From the NCBI GenBank assembly GCA_002269645.1, contig NIVC01001165.1:282261-346260 (forward strand): a stretch of DNA of 64,000 nt. The letters run 5' to 3'. This document shows, in pieces, positions 48,501 through 57,328 of the stretch (the stretch's first letter is position 1; every line of letters starts with the position of its first letter). The position numbers and the translations under genes were made by a program. The DNA is from Macrostomum lignano (lineage: Eukaryota). Under the pieces are notes generated by a model. It was not told the origin of the DNA and searched no databases. It saw nothing but the letters and a program-made list of their open reading frames with translations.

Positions 48501-51500
48501 GCAAAAGGGTTAGGTAAGTCGCAAAAGGGTTAGGTAAGTCGCAAAAAGGATTAGGTAAGTCGCAAAAGGATTAGGTAAGTCGCAAAAGGATTACGTAAGT
48601 CGCAAAAGGGTTAGGTAAGTCGCAAAAGGGTTAGGTAAGTCGCAAAAAGGATTAGGTAAGTCGCAAAAAGGATTAGGTAAGTCGCAAAAAGGATTAAGTA
48701 AGTCGCAAAAGGGTTAGGTAAGTCGCAAAAAGGATTAGGTAAGTCGCAAAAGGATTAGGTAAGTCGCAAAAGGATCAGGTAAGTCGCAAAAGGATTAGGT
48801 AAGTCGCAAAAGGATCAGGTAAGTCGCAAAAGGATTAGGTAAGTCGCAAAAGGGTTAGGTAAGTCGCAAAAAGGATTAGGTAAGTCGCAAAAGGATTAGG
48901 TAAGTCGCAAAAGGGTTAGGTAAGTCGCAAAAGGGTTAGGTAAGTCGCAAAAAGGATTAGGTAAGTCGCAAAAGGATCAGGTAAGTCGCAAAAGGATTAG
49001 GTAAGTCGCAAAAGGGTTAGGTAAGTCGCAAAAAGGATTAGGTAAGTCGCAAAAGGGTTAGGTAAGTCGCAAAAGGATTAGGTAAGTCGCAAAAAGGATT
49101 AAGTAAGTCGCAAAAAGGATTAGGTAAGTCGCAAAAAGGATTAGGTAAGTCGCAAAAAGAAGCAACTAAGTCGCAATAAGAGGGAAGTAAGTCACAATCA
49201 GAGGCAATCAGGGGGTAGTAGGTGCAAGTGTGGCAGGAGAGCAAAAACAGAATAGAAGCCTTCAACAACAGACAAGATCTTTGAAATCAGAAGCCCGCGT
49301 CAACAGTTTCCCATTGATTTCTTAAACTCTGGAGCAGGGGTTGGCAAACTCCGGCTCGCGAAGCCCCTCTATCTGGCCCTCGCCCCTCGGGTTCTTTGAA
49401 ACTTCCTAACTACGAGGGGCGTCCGGAAAGTAGTGTTACTTTTGCTTGGTGTGGACGTGTGGACGGTCACACTTGCATGTGCTTGGTGTCATTTGAAAGC
49501 GGCAAGTCTCTTCTTTAGAATGACACCAATTGCAAGAGATTTGAATCTGTGCTTCAAGAGATATGGACGATTAAGTAGAGAAAGGTCAGTCATAGACTTA
49601 CAGAACCTCAAAAATGTCAACAGAAAACTTTTACGATTTTATCGATTTTTTCGTAATCATGGGCTGTCTATGGCCAAATGTGATGCAGTGAACGAGAGGG
49701 GCTGTCTCATAAAACTACGAGACTTGTAAAACTGCTTCTGCTGCGCCTGCAAAGTTTATTGACATTCAATTTTCAATTGTGAACTGCAAATGGATGTGCA
49801 TTCAAAGACTGGGCAGCGACATGCCATCTTTACACTTTGGAGCTCCGGAACCAAATCGGCTGACATCCACAGGCAACTCTGCACAGCTCATGGCGACCAT
49901 GCTGTCAGCAAGATGACAAGTCTGCCAACCGATGAATGATTTTAATGTTGTTCGCTTGTGTGATAATTTGCTTGTTATCTGTTTCACCTGCTTCTGTACT
50001 GTACTGTTGTGTTTTTTGTTTTTTCTGGAGTAATTACGCTCGTGATAAAAGTTTTCTGTTGACATTTTTGAGGTTCTGTAAGTCTATGACTGACCTTTCT
50101 CTACTTAATCGTCCATATCTCTTGAAGCACAGATTCAAATCTCTTGCAATTGGTGTCATTTTAAAGAAGAGACTTGCCGCTTTCAAATGACACCAAGCAC
50201 ATGCAAGTGTGACTGTCCATACGTCCACACCAAGCAAAAGTAACACTACTTTCTTAAGGTTGGTAACATTACTTAGGTTGGTGTCTCTTCAACTCTCATC
50301 TCTCTCTTCTTCTCTACCTTGCCTCCCCTCTTCTCTCTCTCCCCCCTTTTCCCTCTTCTCTCTCCTCTCTTCTCCTCCTTTCTCTCTACCCTTTCTCCTC
50401 AATGCCCTCTTCTCTCCTCTTATCTTCAGCAAAAATATGTGCATATTTTCTTACTTCAAAGTAGAGGGAATAGAAGATTAGAGATAAGCAAACAGAGGAG
50501 AGGCGAGCGATGCGATGGGAGAAAAGATAGAAGAGGAGAGAAAAGCTGAGGGAGGAAAAAGAGATGAGAGAGAAGAGGAGATGAGAGGAAAGAGGAAAGA
50601 AAAGATGATGGATGAGATCAGAAGAGAGGAAAGAGGAAAGAGAAGAAAGTAGATGAGAGAAGAGAGGATAAAGAGGAGATGAGAGGAGAGTGAGAGAGGA
50701 GAGATGAGAGAGTAGAAAAGAGAGGAGAGATAAGATGAGAGAGTAGAGTGGAGAGAGACGAGAGGGAAGATAAGATGAGAGAGTAGAGTGGAGTGGAGAG
50801 AGACGAGAGGAGAGATAAGAATGTAGAGAGGAGACAGAAGAGATAGGAGAGGAGAGAGGAGAGAGGAGAGGAAAGAGAGAAGGGATAAGGGATGAGAGAG
50901 AAAAGAAAAAGAGGATGAGAAGATTGAGGAATGGAGAGAATTTGCAAAGGCCTCAAATCTTAGTTTAACATGCATTACTCCCATCTTTGCCTTTTTCCTA
51001 ACTGTTAACAAGTTTTTGTTTGAGCATGACTTCAAATTTAGAATCTATGCAAAAATAGTTCCGGGAATTGGAATTCAGTGGTTTCAAAATCTGTGGGTTT
51101 TCACAGCTTGTATCTCTACTGGATTCGTATTCTGCATCTGATGAGCCATCTGAATCAGGGCTCTCATCTTCCATGCCAAATCGTTCTTGAGCTATAGGTC
51201 ACACTGTATTCACTTCACTTACTTCTGGACATTCATGAATCATGACTTTTGTAGTATGCTCACTACACTGTACTGACAACTTACTAATTGCTTCATGCCG
51301 CCACTAGATGACATACTGATTAGCTGTTATAAAAACGCCGAATCTGCACGCAGCACTAATTAGCTGGCGAGGCATTTAGCTTTTAAAATATGGTCATAGT
51401 TACTCCTGCCGTTTACCTAAAGTTTTTGCTAGGCTCTTTCATAGGTAAGTCGCATTTTTTATCGAAAACTAAGTCGCACGGCCAGCGTAATTTCAGAAGT

Positions 51501-53741
51501 TGCGCATGTATGCATTTTTGCAATCAGTAAATAATAAACTTGAGAGATTGGTTGTTATATAGGTTGGTTTAGATTATACAATCATTATAAATATAAATTT
51601 AACTGAGACTGGTATTGACTAACTAGAAAATCAATTTCACTGTCAATTGGTTATTTTTTTATTGTTGTTGCCTTTTAATCGGTAGCTTTGTGCAGCTCTA
51701 ACTCTAACTATAATCCTAAATATTGAATCTTCTATTTGCATATTTTTATGCACTTTAATTTACTAGAGTTTGTTTTTTTTTCAGAGCAACAATGATAATT
51801 GTTATTGAAAGTACTAATGCTAAACTTTTTCATATTAAGAAAAACTAGAGTTTGCTAGTTTTTTCTTGTATTTTTTAGATATCTTAAAAGTTTTTAAGTT
51901 AATAATACAAGTTATTAAAACTAATAAAAGTATCTTTTTTACTTTAAATCTGTTTTTTTTATATTTTTCAATTTTTTAATATTAATAACTATGGTTATAG
52001 GAATCTATAAAATGTTACAGCAACTATTATATTTCTATAGTTGTAGCCATAAGAGCAGCTATCTATACTATAGGTGTATCCATAGCTGCTATAGGCACCT
52101 ATTTGGCCATGTTTGACATAAGATCCCATAGCTTAAGCTATAGCTATGGCTATAGCATAACATTAGAAAAAGAAAATATAATGACTTTTGGCAAATTAAC
52201 TTGCTACTTTTAGAATATTATATAATTTCTATTTCTATATTTCCAAAATATTTTATTGTATAATATAGGACTATAGAGCTATAGCCTATAGGCTATAAAG
52301 CAAAATAAGTATATATTTAATTTTTTGTACAAAACAGATACTTTAACAATACTTGACAACAAAATAAATTTTATAAACTAGCTAAATTAGCTAAGCTAAA
52401 GCTCTGAAAATATCTAGGCTAGGGTTTTTGCTAGTATTATAAATACAATTTTAATTTGCATTGTAAGTCTAACTAGAGAATGCACTTTTAAAAGTCATTA
52501 TGTTATAATATCCCTATTATATTGCCTTAACTCTTAGACTATAATAGTGGTACCTTATTTCTAGGAATTATTGTTTTTGAACTAGCGCAAAAATTTATGT
52601 TCTTTTGTTATAATAAGCAAAATATTCTCAAGTTGTAAGAGTTTGTTTTAAATATACGCAATTGACTGGTATAAATAGGAGAGAGCCGAAGGGATGGAAG
52701 AATAACTCGTTCAATAGCTATAAGCTAATATAAGATCAAAACATGTTCGATAAATCGTTCTCAGATCTTTGTTCATTTCTAAGAGTATTGTGAAGAAGGT
52801 TGGAGGTTGCAATTGGGATTCATGCAAAGAGTAGTACCAAGAATAATTGCTGTGACCCTCTAATCTCAGTAATGCCCAGACTGGAGAGAGAAAGTACATA
52901 TACCAATAAGACCGCTCAGGCCATATACTAAGAACGCTACCAGACTAATACATAAGATACTACCAGACTAATACATAAAACGCTACCTGTATATTCAAAT
53001 GAAATTCTAAGAAACAGTTAGAAATACCAAAGGCAGAATTTAGTATCAGCAGTATAAATTTAATAGAGAGAAATTGAAAACCTAGTACAACTTGGTGGCA
53101 TAGTGGTGGAATCTTAATAGAGAGCCAACAGACCTGTTACAACTTTGGTGGCAATAGTGGGATAGTTGGAGGACAGAAGAAAGCCCTGCGACAACTTGGT
53201 GTCAGTGGCTGAGATTTCTAGACAGAGGAATCACGCCTGCAACAAGACAAAAAAATAAATAATTAACTTAGATATAGAGCCAGAGAGGCGGAGAGCTAAG
53301 TCTACTCATAATAACTCTTAGTCTAGGTTAGTCTTAATAACATTTGTCATAATTTTTTAAATGAATCAATTTTTCATTATTGCTATTATTAAAATTGAAA
53401 ATTGGTATTGCTACCATCATTTTAGAGTGACATAGGATAGGCCTAGGCCATTGGTGCATTTCAATGATAAATATTTAAGACAAAGTATCAGTATCACCTT
53501 TGATGGATTGTCGTTGGATAATAAGGGTTGGAACCTGCTGATCAGACAGAAACTTTTTGATGCTGTCTGCTGTTTGTTTCTCATTCAGCGCTGCAACAAT
53601 TTTCTTATCTAAATGAGCGTCGTCGTCCTCAAAGTGACATTGAGCAACCCGAAGAAGATATTTCTTAAACTTTTCAGGGTCGGCAATAGTCACATCAGCT
53701 GTAGGCGGCTGATCCAGGCTAGCTTCGGCCTGGTCTGCCAT
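6589..53741 (-). CDS. DYNC1H1: Cytoplasmic dynein 1 heavy chain (multi-exon, ~4620 aa)
   Basis: Exons traced by GT/AG sites and phase: 53741-53498, 45587-45500, 45409-45236, 34511-34256, 31645-30986, 30293-23219, 22813-22490, 21740-21309, 20220-19650, [18988-18793 or 18708-18513], 17947-17374, 16643-16296, 15871-15506, 15108-14845, 13747-13355, 12586-12068, 11604-11166, 7532-6589. P-loops [24 protein letters not shown] and GVSGAGKT, plus dynein-1 motifs [20 protein letters not shown] and ERGVAV. Summed exons are 13,867 nt; adding 2 nt for two apparent 1-nt deletions gives 4623 codons. Confidence 0.97.
8048..8163 (-). CDS. DYNC1H1: Putative alternative dynein exon (alternative terminal exon or 66-nt cassette)
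   Basis: Acceptor tttgttctgtacag. In phase 1 it reads [23 protein letters not shown]..., which resembles the start of the last exon ([20 protein letters not shown]). TGA at 8050-8048; possible weak donor G|GTACAG at 8097. Confidence 0.6.
8270..8990. repeat. Interspersed repeat family X, copies 6-7 (dynein last intron)
   Basis: Cores at ~8272 and 8696 with the same spacer. Confidence 0.85.
9190..11105. repeat. Intronic minisatellite, 23 bp unit
   Basis: GGGGATCTAGAACACGGGAGTAT, about 80 copies. Confidence 0.97.
11700..12015. repeat. Intronic degenerate minisatellite
   Basis: GTGGGTCAAGGTGGTCAGAG-like units. Confidence 0.85.
12620..12780. repeat. Intronic minisatellite, ~21 bp
   Basis: GGCGACTCAAGTGACTCTG(G) repeats. 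Confidence 0.8.
12873..13110. repeat. Interspersed repeat family X, copy 8
   Basis: Core at 12877; shares the TGGAATCTCATTCA...CTCAGTAGTATCT extension with copy 7. Confidence 0.85.
13900..14840. repeat. Intronic (CTA)n-based compound satellite
   Basis: CTGATACTGCTAAAA(CTA)n repeats; source of the spurious poly-Leu ORF 13953-14876. Confidence 0.95.
15195..15480. repeat. Intronic minisatellite, ~32 bp
   Basis: CCAGCCTCTCAGATCCCCAGTTGCTGGGCCA repeats. Confidence 0.85.
15960..16245. repeat. Intronic minisatellite, ~46 bp
   Basis: CTGATAGGTCAAGGAGGTCAAAGTCGGTGGGTCAAGGTAGTCAAA repeats. Confidence 0.85.
16862..17325. repeat. Intronic minisatellite, ~33-38 bp
   Basis: CTATGGGGATCTGGGATCTGGGAGAAGCTGCCCAGT repeats. 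Confidence 0.9.
18513..18708 (-). CDS. DYNC1H1: Dynein exon 10B (microtubule-binding domain, variant B; putative mutually exclusive exon)
   Basis: ccag|CC...CC|gtaagt, 196 nt, same phases as 10A, no stops. Encodes [65 protein letters not shown] and aligns to 10A without gaps. Not in the ORF track. Confidence 0.85.
18793..18988 (-). CDS. DYNC1H1: Dynein exon 10A (microtubule-binding domain, variant A)
   Basis: ctag|CT...AG|gtgagt, 196 nt, phase 1 to phase 2. Encodes [31 protein letters not shown]...NYQTEDL. Confidence 0.92.
19195..19570. repeat. Intronic minisatellite
   Basis: AAACCGCACATCCC / ACATCCC units. Confidence 0.85.
20270..21240. repeat. Intronic minisatellite, ~19-21 bp
   Basis: GGAATCTGGTCACTGAAATAGA variants. 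Confidence 0.92.
21845..22440. repeat. Intronic minisatellite, 29 bp
   Basis: GTAATTCCCTGATCCATCAGCACTATATA, about 20 copies. Confidence 0.95.
22890..23100. repeat. Intronic degenerate minisatellite
   Basis: ATCACGTGACTATCTAAAGTG variants. Confidence 0.8.
32725..34100. repeat. Intronic minisatellite, 21 bp
   Basis: GCGCTAAAATGAGTGCCTGCG, about 65 copies; source of the spurious repetitive ORFs. Confidence 0.97.
35640..36305. mobile_element. MITE-like element with an internal minisatellite
   Basis: GGGATGGTCACATTTT ... AAAATGTGACCATCCC 16-bp inverted termini around TGTGACCGTCAAT repeats. No clear TSD. Confidence 0.45.
36377..37728. repeat. Left terminal inverted repeat (~1.35 kb)
   Basis: Reverse complement of 43923-45216 from ACTACTAAGGACTGGTAG to GGCCCAAGTACAGTGC, with small indels. 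The ORF track shows mirrored ORFs from both TIRs. Confidence 0.93.
37948..38445 (-). CDS. PC4-like single-stranded DNA-binding protein (probably two tandem PC4 repeats) with basic NLS
   Basis: [44 protein letters not shown] parallels the PC4 core [44 protein letters not shown]. A second weaker repeat follows ([10 protein letters not shown]...IEFTPELW). PAKRVK resembles a c-Myc-type NLS. Confidence 0.7.
   Translation of the reverse strand: MSSISLYENFVARKPTFETEHNLIEIRRLYTNEAGVWKDGFPAIYLSEPEWKKLEAARPDLEAAARLHVNKRVLLGNFKAVEASRGRIRLLRNWLNQDPKFNWRYTIEFTPELWRRMFAARLDKLFKPAPEAPPPAKRVKTEDNLQDCLDSIKPYPWGNLFDEGC
38446..38690. promoter_or_regulatory. Bidirectional promoter between the PC4-like and pPolB genes
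   Basis: Minus-strand TATATAA at 38501-38495, about 50 nt upstream of ATG 38445. Plus-strand TATATATA at 38610-38617 preceded by CCAAT near 38578. Confidence 0.55.
38691..43827 (+). CDS. Protein-primed family B DNA polymerase (Polinton type), spliced, ~1270 aa; one 1-nt frameshift near 42969
   Basis: Exons 38691-38751, 39492-39536, 39607-40175, 40433(or 40454)-42352, 42442-42988, 43071-43364, 43434-43827. Exo I YDFETY, Exo [10 protein letters not shown], Exo III YCLQD. FGGRTE; motif A YRDV|VSLYP; motif B K..LNS|LWGK; motif C YADTDS|V; KxY and KCKG. N-terminal OTU-like NSDKRC...EQHFNV, Cys-rich region, and VSR-like insert VDG...[13 protein letters not shown]. Confidence 0.92.
43923..45216. 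repeat. Right terminal inverted repeat (~1.29 kb)
   Basis: Ends ...CTACCAGTCCATAGTAGT and mirrors the left TIR. Confidence 0.93.
46881..47300. repeat. Tandem repeat, 61 bp unit
   Basis: AAAATCAGACTAAAACCTAACGAAAGCGACACGACGACCCAACCGGACGAATACTCGGAGC, about 7 copies. Confidence 0.92.
48390..49170. repeat. Minisatellite, ~20-22 bp
   Basis: GGTAAGTCGCAAAAGGATTA repeats. Confidence 0.95.
49413..50244. mobile_element. Mariner-like non-autonomous element with ~210-bp inverted repeats
   Basis: Starts TA|CGAGGGGCGTCCGGAAAGT. About 49427-49635 is the reverse complement of about 50042-50244. The outer right end is missing. Confidence 0.65.
50290..50940. repeat. CT-rich followed by GA-rich low-complexity tract
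   Basis: Polypyrimidine 50290-50420 then polypurine 50500-50940. Confidence 0.85.
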
Positions 53742-54599
53742 CTCTACTTTTAAACTGCTTAATTTAGAGCTCGTCAAGCGGGTAAGCCAAGGGCTTTAGA
53801 AATAATGTAAAGAAATTGCAAAGGATTATTTTAATTATTTTGAAGAGTGAATCACTGCAGATTAAGTTTCTGCTCAATTTTAAAGCGATCAGAGCGATCT
53901 GGCTTAGTTGATTATAACTAAAACAAGTTAAGACAACTTGTTTCATTCAGGGAATACTTCTGCAAACTGACACAACAGATTATAATTAAAAAGAATCAAA
54001 TCAAAACTGTTTTGCATTAAAAGCAAAAAATGCATTTTTTAAACTACCTGAAGTTTCCCATTCAATTTGTTCTAGTTGCATATAAGAATAAAAAAAGAAG
54101 AAAAGACGTAGAACAAAAAATTAACATTGAATACAATTTTTCTGAACGAAAAGCGTTATGAATATCGATAGAGCTATGAGAAAGACACAGCATATCAAAA
54201 GATGAACAAACACTGCAGATCTGCCTCCTATCAAACAACAATAACAATTTTTGTGCTGAAAAAAATACAAGCAATTGCTATCTCCGTAGTGTATTTTTTC
54301 GGAAAAATCTGCCTTCAAAAATTTCTAAGAAACGGGGTTTCCCGTACTTCTACTTAAGTCGTCCTTGAATTTGGCATAAAAGGTATTCATTATCTTGTAA
54401 CAAATATACATGTAGTACAATTTCAAACAAATTTATAAATTAACTTTAAAGCCTGTGCTGCGTGCAGGAAAGTTAATAGCATAGCTCCCCGTAACATTGA
54501 GTATTAAAAAATCGAGCTCAGCAGAGACTATTGGAGAGCAATGATTTACTATGGCTACAAAATTAAAGTGGGGGGGGGGGGAAGGCAGCAGGTGAGCAT

Positions 54600-55240
54600 T
54601 GAGCGACTTTAAACGGCTTCGTCAGTGAATGCAGACCTTCCGTGCAGCTGGACCACTCCGCGGTTTTTAAGTGGTTTGCCGAATCTCGATGTGGCGGACG
54701 GAGGCTGGATGATAAAGAGCGCTGCAGCGGCGGGCGGGCCCATGCCTCCGCAGTAAGCGAAGTGAATGTTGCACCCATTTTATATTCGGACCATATACGA
54801 GCTAAATGATTAGGATGATGCCTGAAGGTATAACTGTGCCCAGTAGAGGCAGAAGTGGGCATCTCATCGGGAGCCATGTTAATTCGCACGATCCTGCACT
54901 CAAGGCTTAACCTGAGCAAAATTTCTGAACGCTGGGTGCCTCATTACCTGATGGAGGAACAATTAAGAATTGGCTCGGGTGGCTTCGTGCCAAGCCATGC
55001 TCGATCGACAGATTCGATGGTGGCCGCTCAAACTCAGTCTGAGCAATCGTCAGTGGTGACGAATCCTAGATCCACGTACAGTTTTGACTTGGAGCTAGCG
55101 AGCAGCAGTCGGCCTAGTGGACACCAGTTGGCGGCGTCCCACCATATTAAGCTGCAGCGAGAGCGCAGCGTGACAAAGCAGATGTTGGCCGTTTTTGTGA
55201 CGAAATTCGGTCATCTAGCGACCGTGCCACTTGTGCAGCA
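54600..55240 (+). mobile_element. Degenerate mariner-family transposase fragment
   Basis: TILHSRLNLSKISERWVPHYL (WVPHEL-like motif), followed by a GDES-type segment (ggtgacgaatcc) and KQMLAVF; frameshifted. Confidence 0.7.
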
Positions 55241-55569
55241 GCCAGGGGTGTCGGAACCGCCCCCCCCACTTTTTAGCATGATCCGCAGTGCCTTTTTTTA
55301 ATTTCAAGCAAGTGTCGGCCAGTTTTCGGCTTTGGCTTTCTTAGTCTTGGAAGCTGTGGGTACCAGCTGATACTTCATGTTGTTCTTAATCCCATTCCAC
55401 TACAGTTTTTATCTAATGTGCCTAAGCGTAGTGCTTTTAGTCCAGATGTCAGCAAACATTTACCTCAAGGGCCAGATTGAGAACAGCGCATGACTGCCCT
55501 TCTGGGTCAGCCTCGCTGGACCCCCTAAGCGAAACGCGCGCCCAGGAGTCCCTGATGACTGCGGGCTAT

Positions 55570-56705
55570 AGGGAGAGAGGATAGGGAATAGAGAAGAGAA
55601 ATACGAGCGCAGGAGAAAGGAGAGGCGAAGAGGTAAAGAGAAGAGAGTAGACGAGAAGAGAGATAAAAAAGGAGAGGAGAGAATGGAGAAGAGAATGGAG
55701 AGGAAACGGGAAATGAGAGGAGAGGAGAGAGGTGAGGAGACCGGAGGAGAGGAGAGGAGAGAGGTGAGGTGATAAAAGGAGATGAGAGAGAGGAAAGGAG
55801 AGAGGTGAGGAGATGAGAGGAGAGGAGAGAGGTGAGATGAGATGAGAGGAGAGAGGTGAGATGAGAGGAGAGGAGAGAGGTGAGATGAGATGAGAGGAGA
55901 GAGGTGAGGAGACCGGAGGAGAGGAGAGGAGAGAGGTGAGGTGATAAAAGGAGATGAGAGAGAGGAAAGGAGAGAGGTGAGGAGATGAGAGGAGAGGAGA
56001 GAGGTGAGATGAGAGGAGAGGAGATAGATGACGAGATAAAAGGAGATGAGAGGAGAGAAAAAAGGGGAGGAGATTAGAAGAGAGGAGAGAAGTGAGGAGA
56101 TAAGAGGAGAGGAGAGGAGGGGAAAGGAGAGGAGAGGAGAGGAGAGGAGAGGAGAGGAGAGGAGAGGAGAGGAGAGGAGAGGAGAGGAGAGGAGAGGAGA
56201 GGAGAGGAGAGGAGAGGAAAAGGGAGAGGAGAGGAGAGGAGAGGAGAGGAGAGGAGAGGAGAGGAGAGGAGAGGAGAGGAGAGGAGAGGAGAGGAAAAGG
56301 GAGAGGAGAGGAGAGGAGAGGAGAGGAGAGGAGAGGAGAGGAAAAGGGAGAGGAGAGGAGAGGAGAGGAGAGGAGAGGAGAGGAGAGGAGAGGAGAGGAG
56401 AGGAGAGGAAAAGGGAGAGGAGAGGAGAGGAGAGGAGAGGAGAGGAGAGGAGAGGAGAGGAGAGGAGAGGAGAGGAGAGGAGAGGAGAGGAGAGGAGAGG
56501 AGAGGAGAGGAGAGGAGAGGAAAAGGGAGAGGAGAGGAGAGGAGAGGAGAGGAGAGGAGAGGAAAAGGGAGAGGAGAGGAGAGGAGAGGAGAGGAGAGGA
56601 GAGGAGAGGAGAGGAGAGGAGAGGAGAGGAAAAGGGAGAGGAGAGGAGAGGAGAGGAGAGGAGAGGACAGGAGAATATGAGAAGAGAGAGGTGAGGGAAG
56701 AGAGC
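55570..56705. repeat. (GGAGA)n polypurine satellite
   Basis: Direct reading; source of the RGEE/LLSSP ORFs. Confidence 0.95.
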
Positions 56706-57328
56706 TGAGAAGAGACACGAACATCGAGCGGGCCGGATTGCTATTGTGAAGATTCAAAGGACTCAATCCCTTTTACTTTGGCATCTCTGATCAAATTCCG
56801 AGTCCACCGCAAATCCCAAGACTTAAACCGCTTCTGGCGCTGCAACTAAAAGCACTAAAAATGGCGTCAGATAAAAGAATAAAGAGACAGCGCCAAGAGG
56901 AACTGAAGGAGGCAGCCAAGAGATCCAGAAAATTACTGGTCTTGCCCTGGATATTTTATTCATTTGAGATATTTACTAAATAAACTGTTAGTGCAGTGCA
57001 TTTGTGCATTTTTCAGACTTTTGGCCACTTCCAACACAGAATTGAATATTGGCCTGGTTGTCTCAATTAGTGTCACTACATAACTGACATAACAGCAGGA
57101 GTTAGGGTGCCCGTAAATTAAAAAAAAACATGTGCAATGTCAATGTGCCCTCCCACCAATAGCCCCCCACCAAGGACTCAAGCTCGGTGTGTGCTTCTTT
57201 ATCACAACGCCCCGCCGACAAGTCCAGACACGTGGTCGAATTCCTGGCTGGAGAACACATTTATAAGAAGTTAGCCATCCACCCTACAGCGCAGACATTC
57301 AACTTTTACTAAAGAATATAAAGAGTTT

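Larger units (their letters stand above)
46553..51512. mobile_element. Composite TIR element (hAT-like?) carrying nested repeats
   Basis: CATACATGCGCAACT (46553-46567) and AGTTGCGCATGTATG (51498-51512), flanked by CATTTT on both sides (possible 6-bp TSD). No transposase seen. Confidence 0.45.

Noticed and set aside
56046-56766. RGEE- and LLSSP-repeat ORFs
   Set aside because: Translation of the (GGAGA)n satellite.
56860-56960. MASDKRIKRQRQEELKEAAKRSRK, possibly a hAT transposase N-terminus, with a possible C-terminal remnant (NLLRTAMS) near 63710
   Set aside because: Too short and degenerate to support a call without a profile search.
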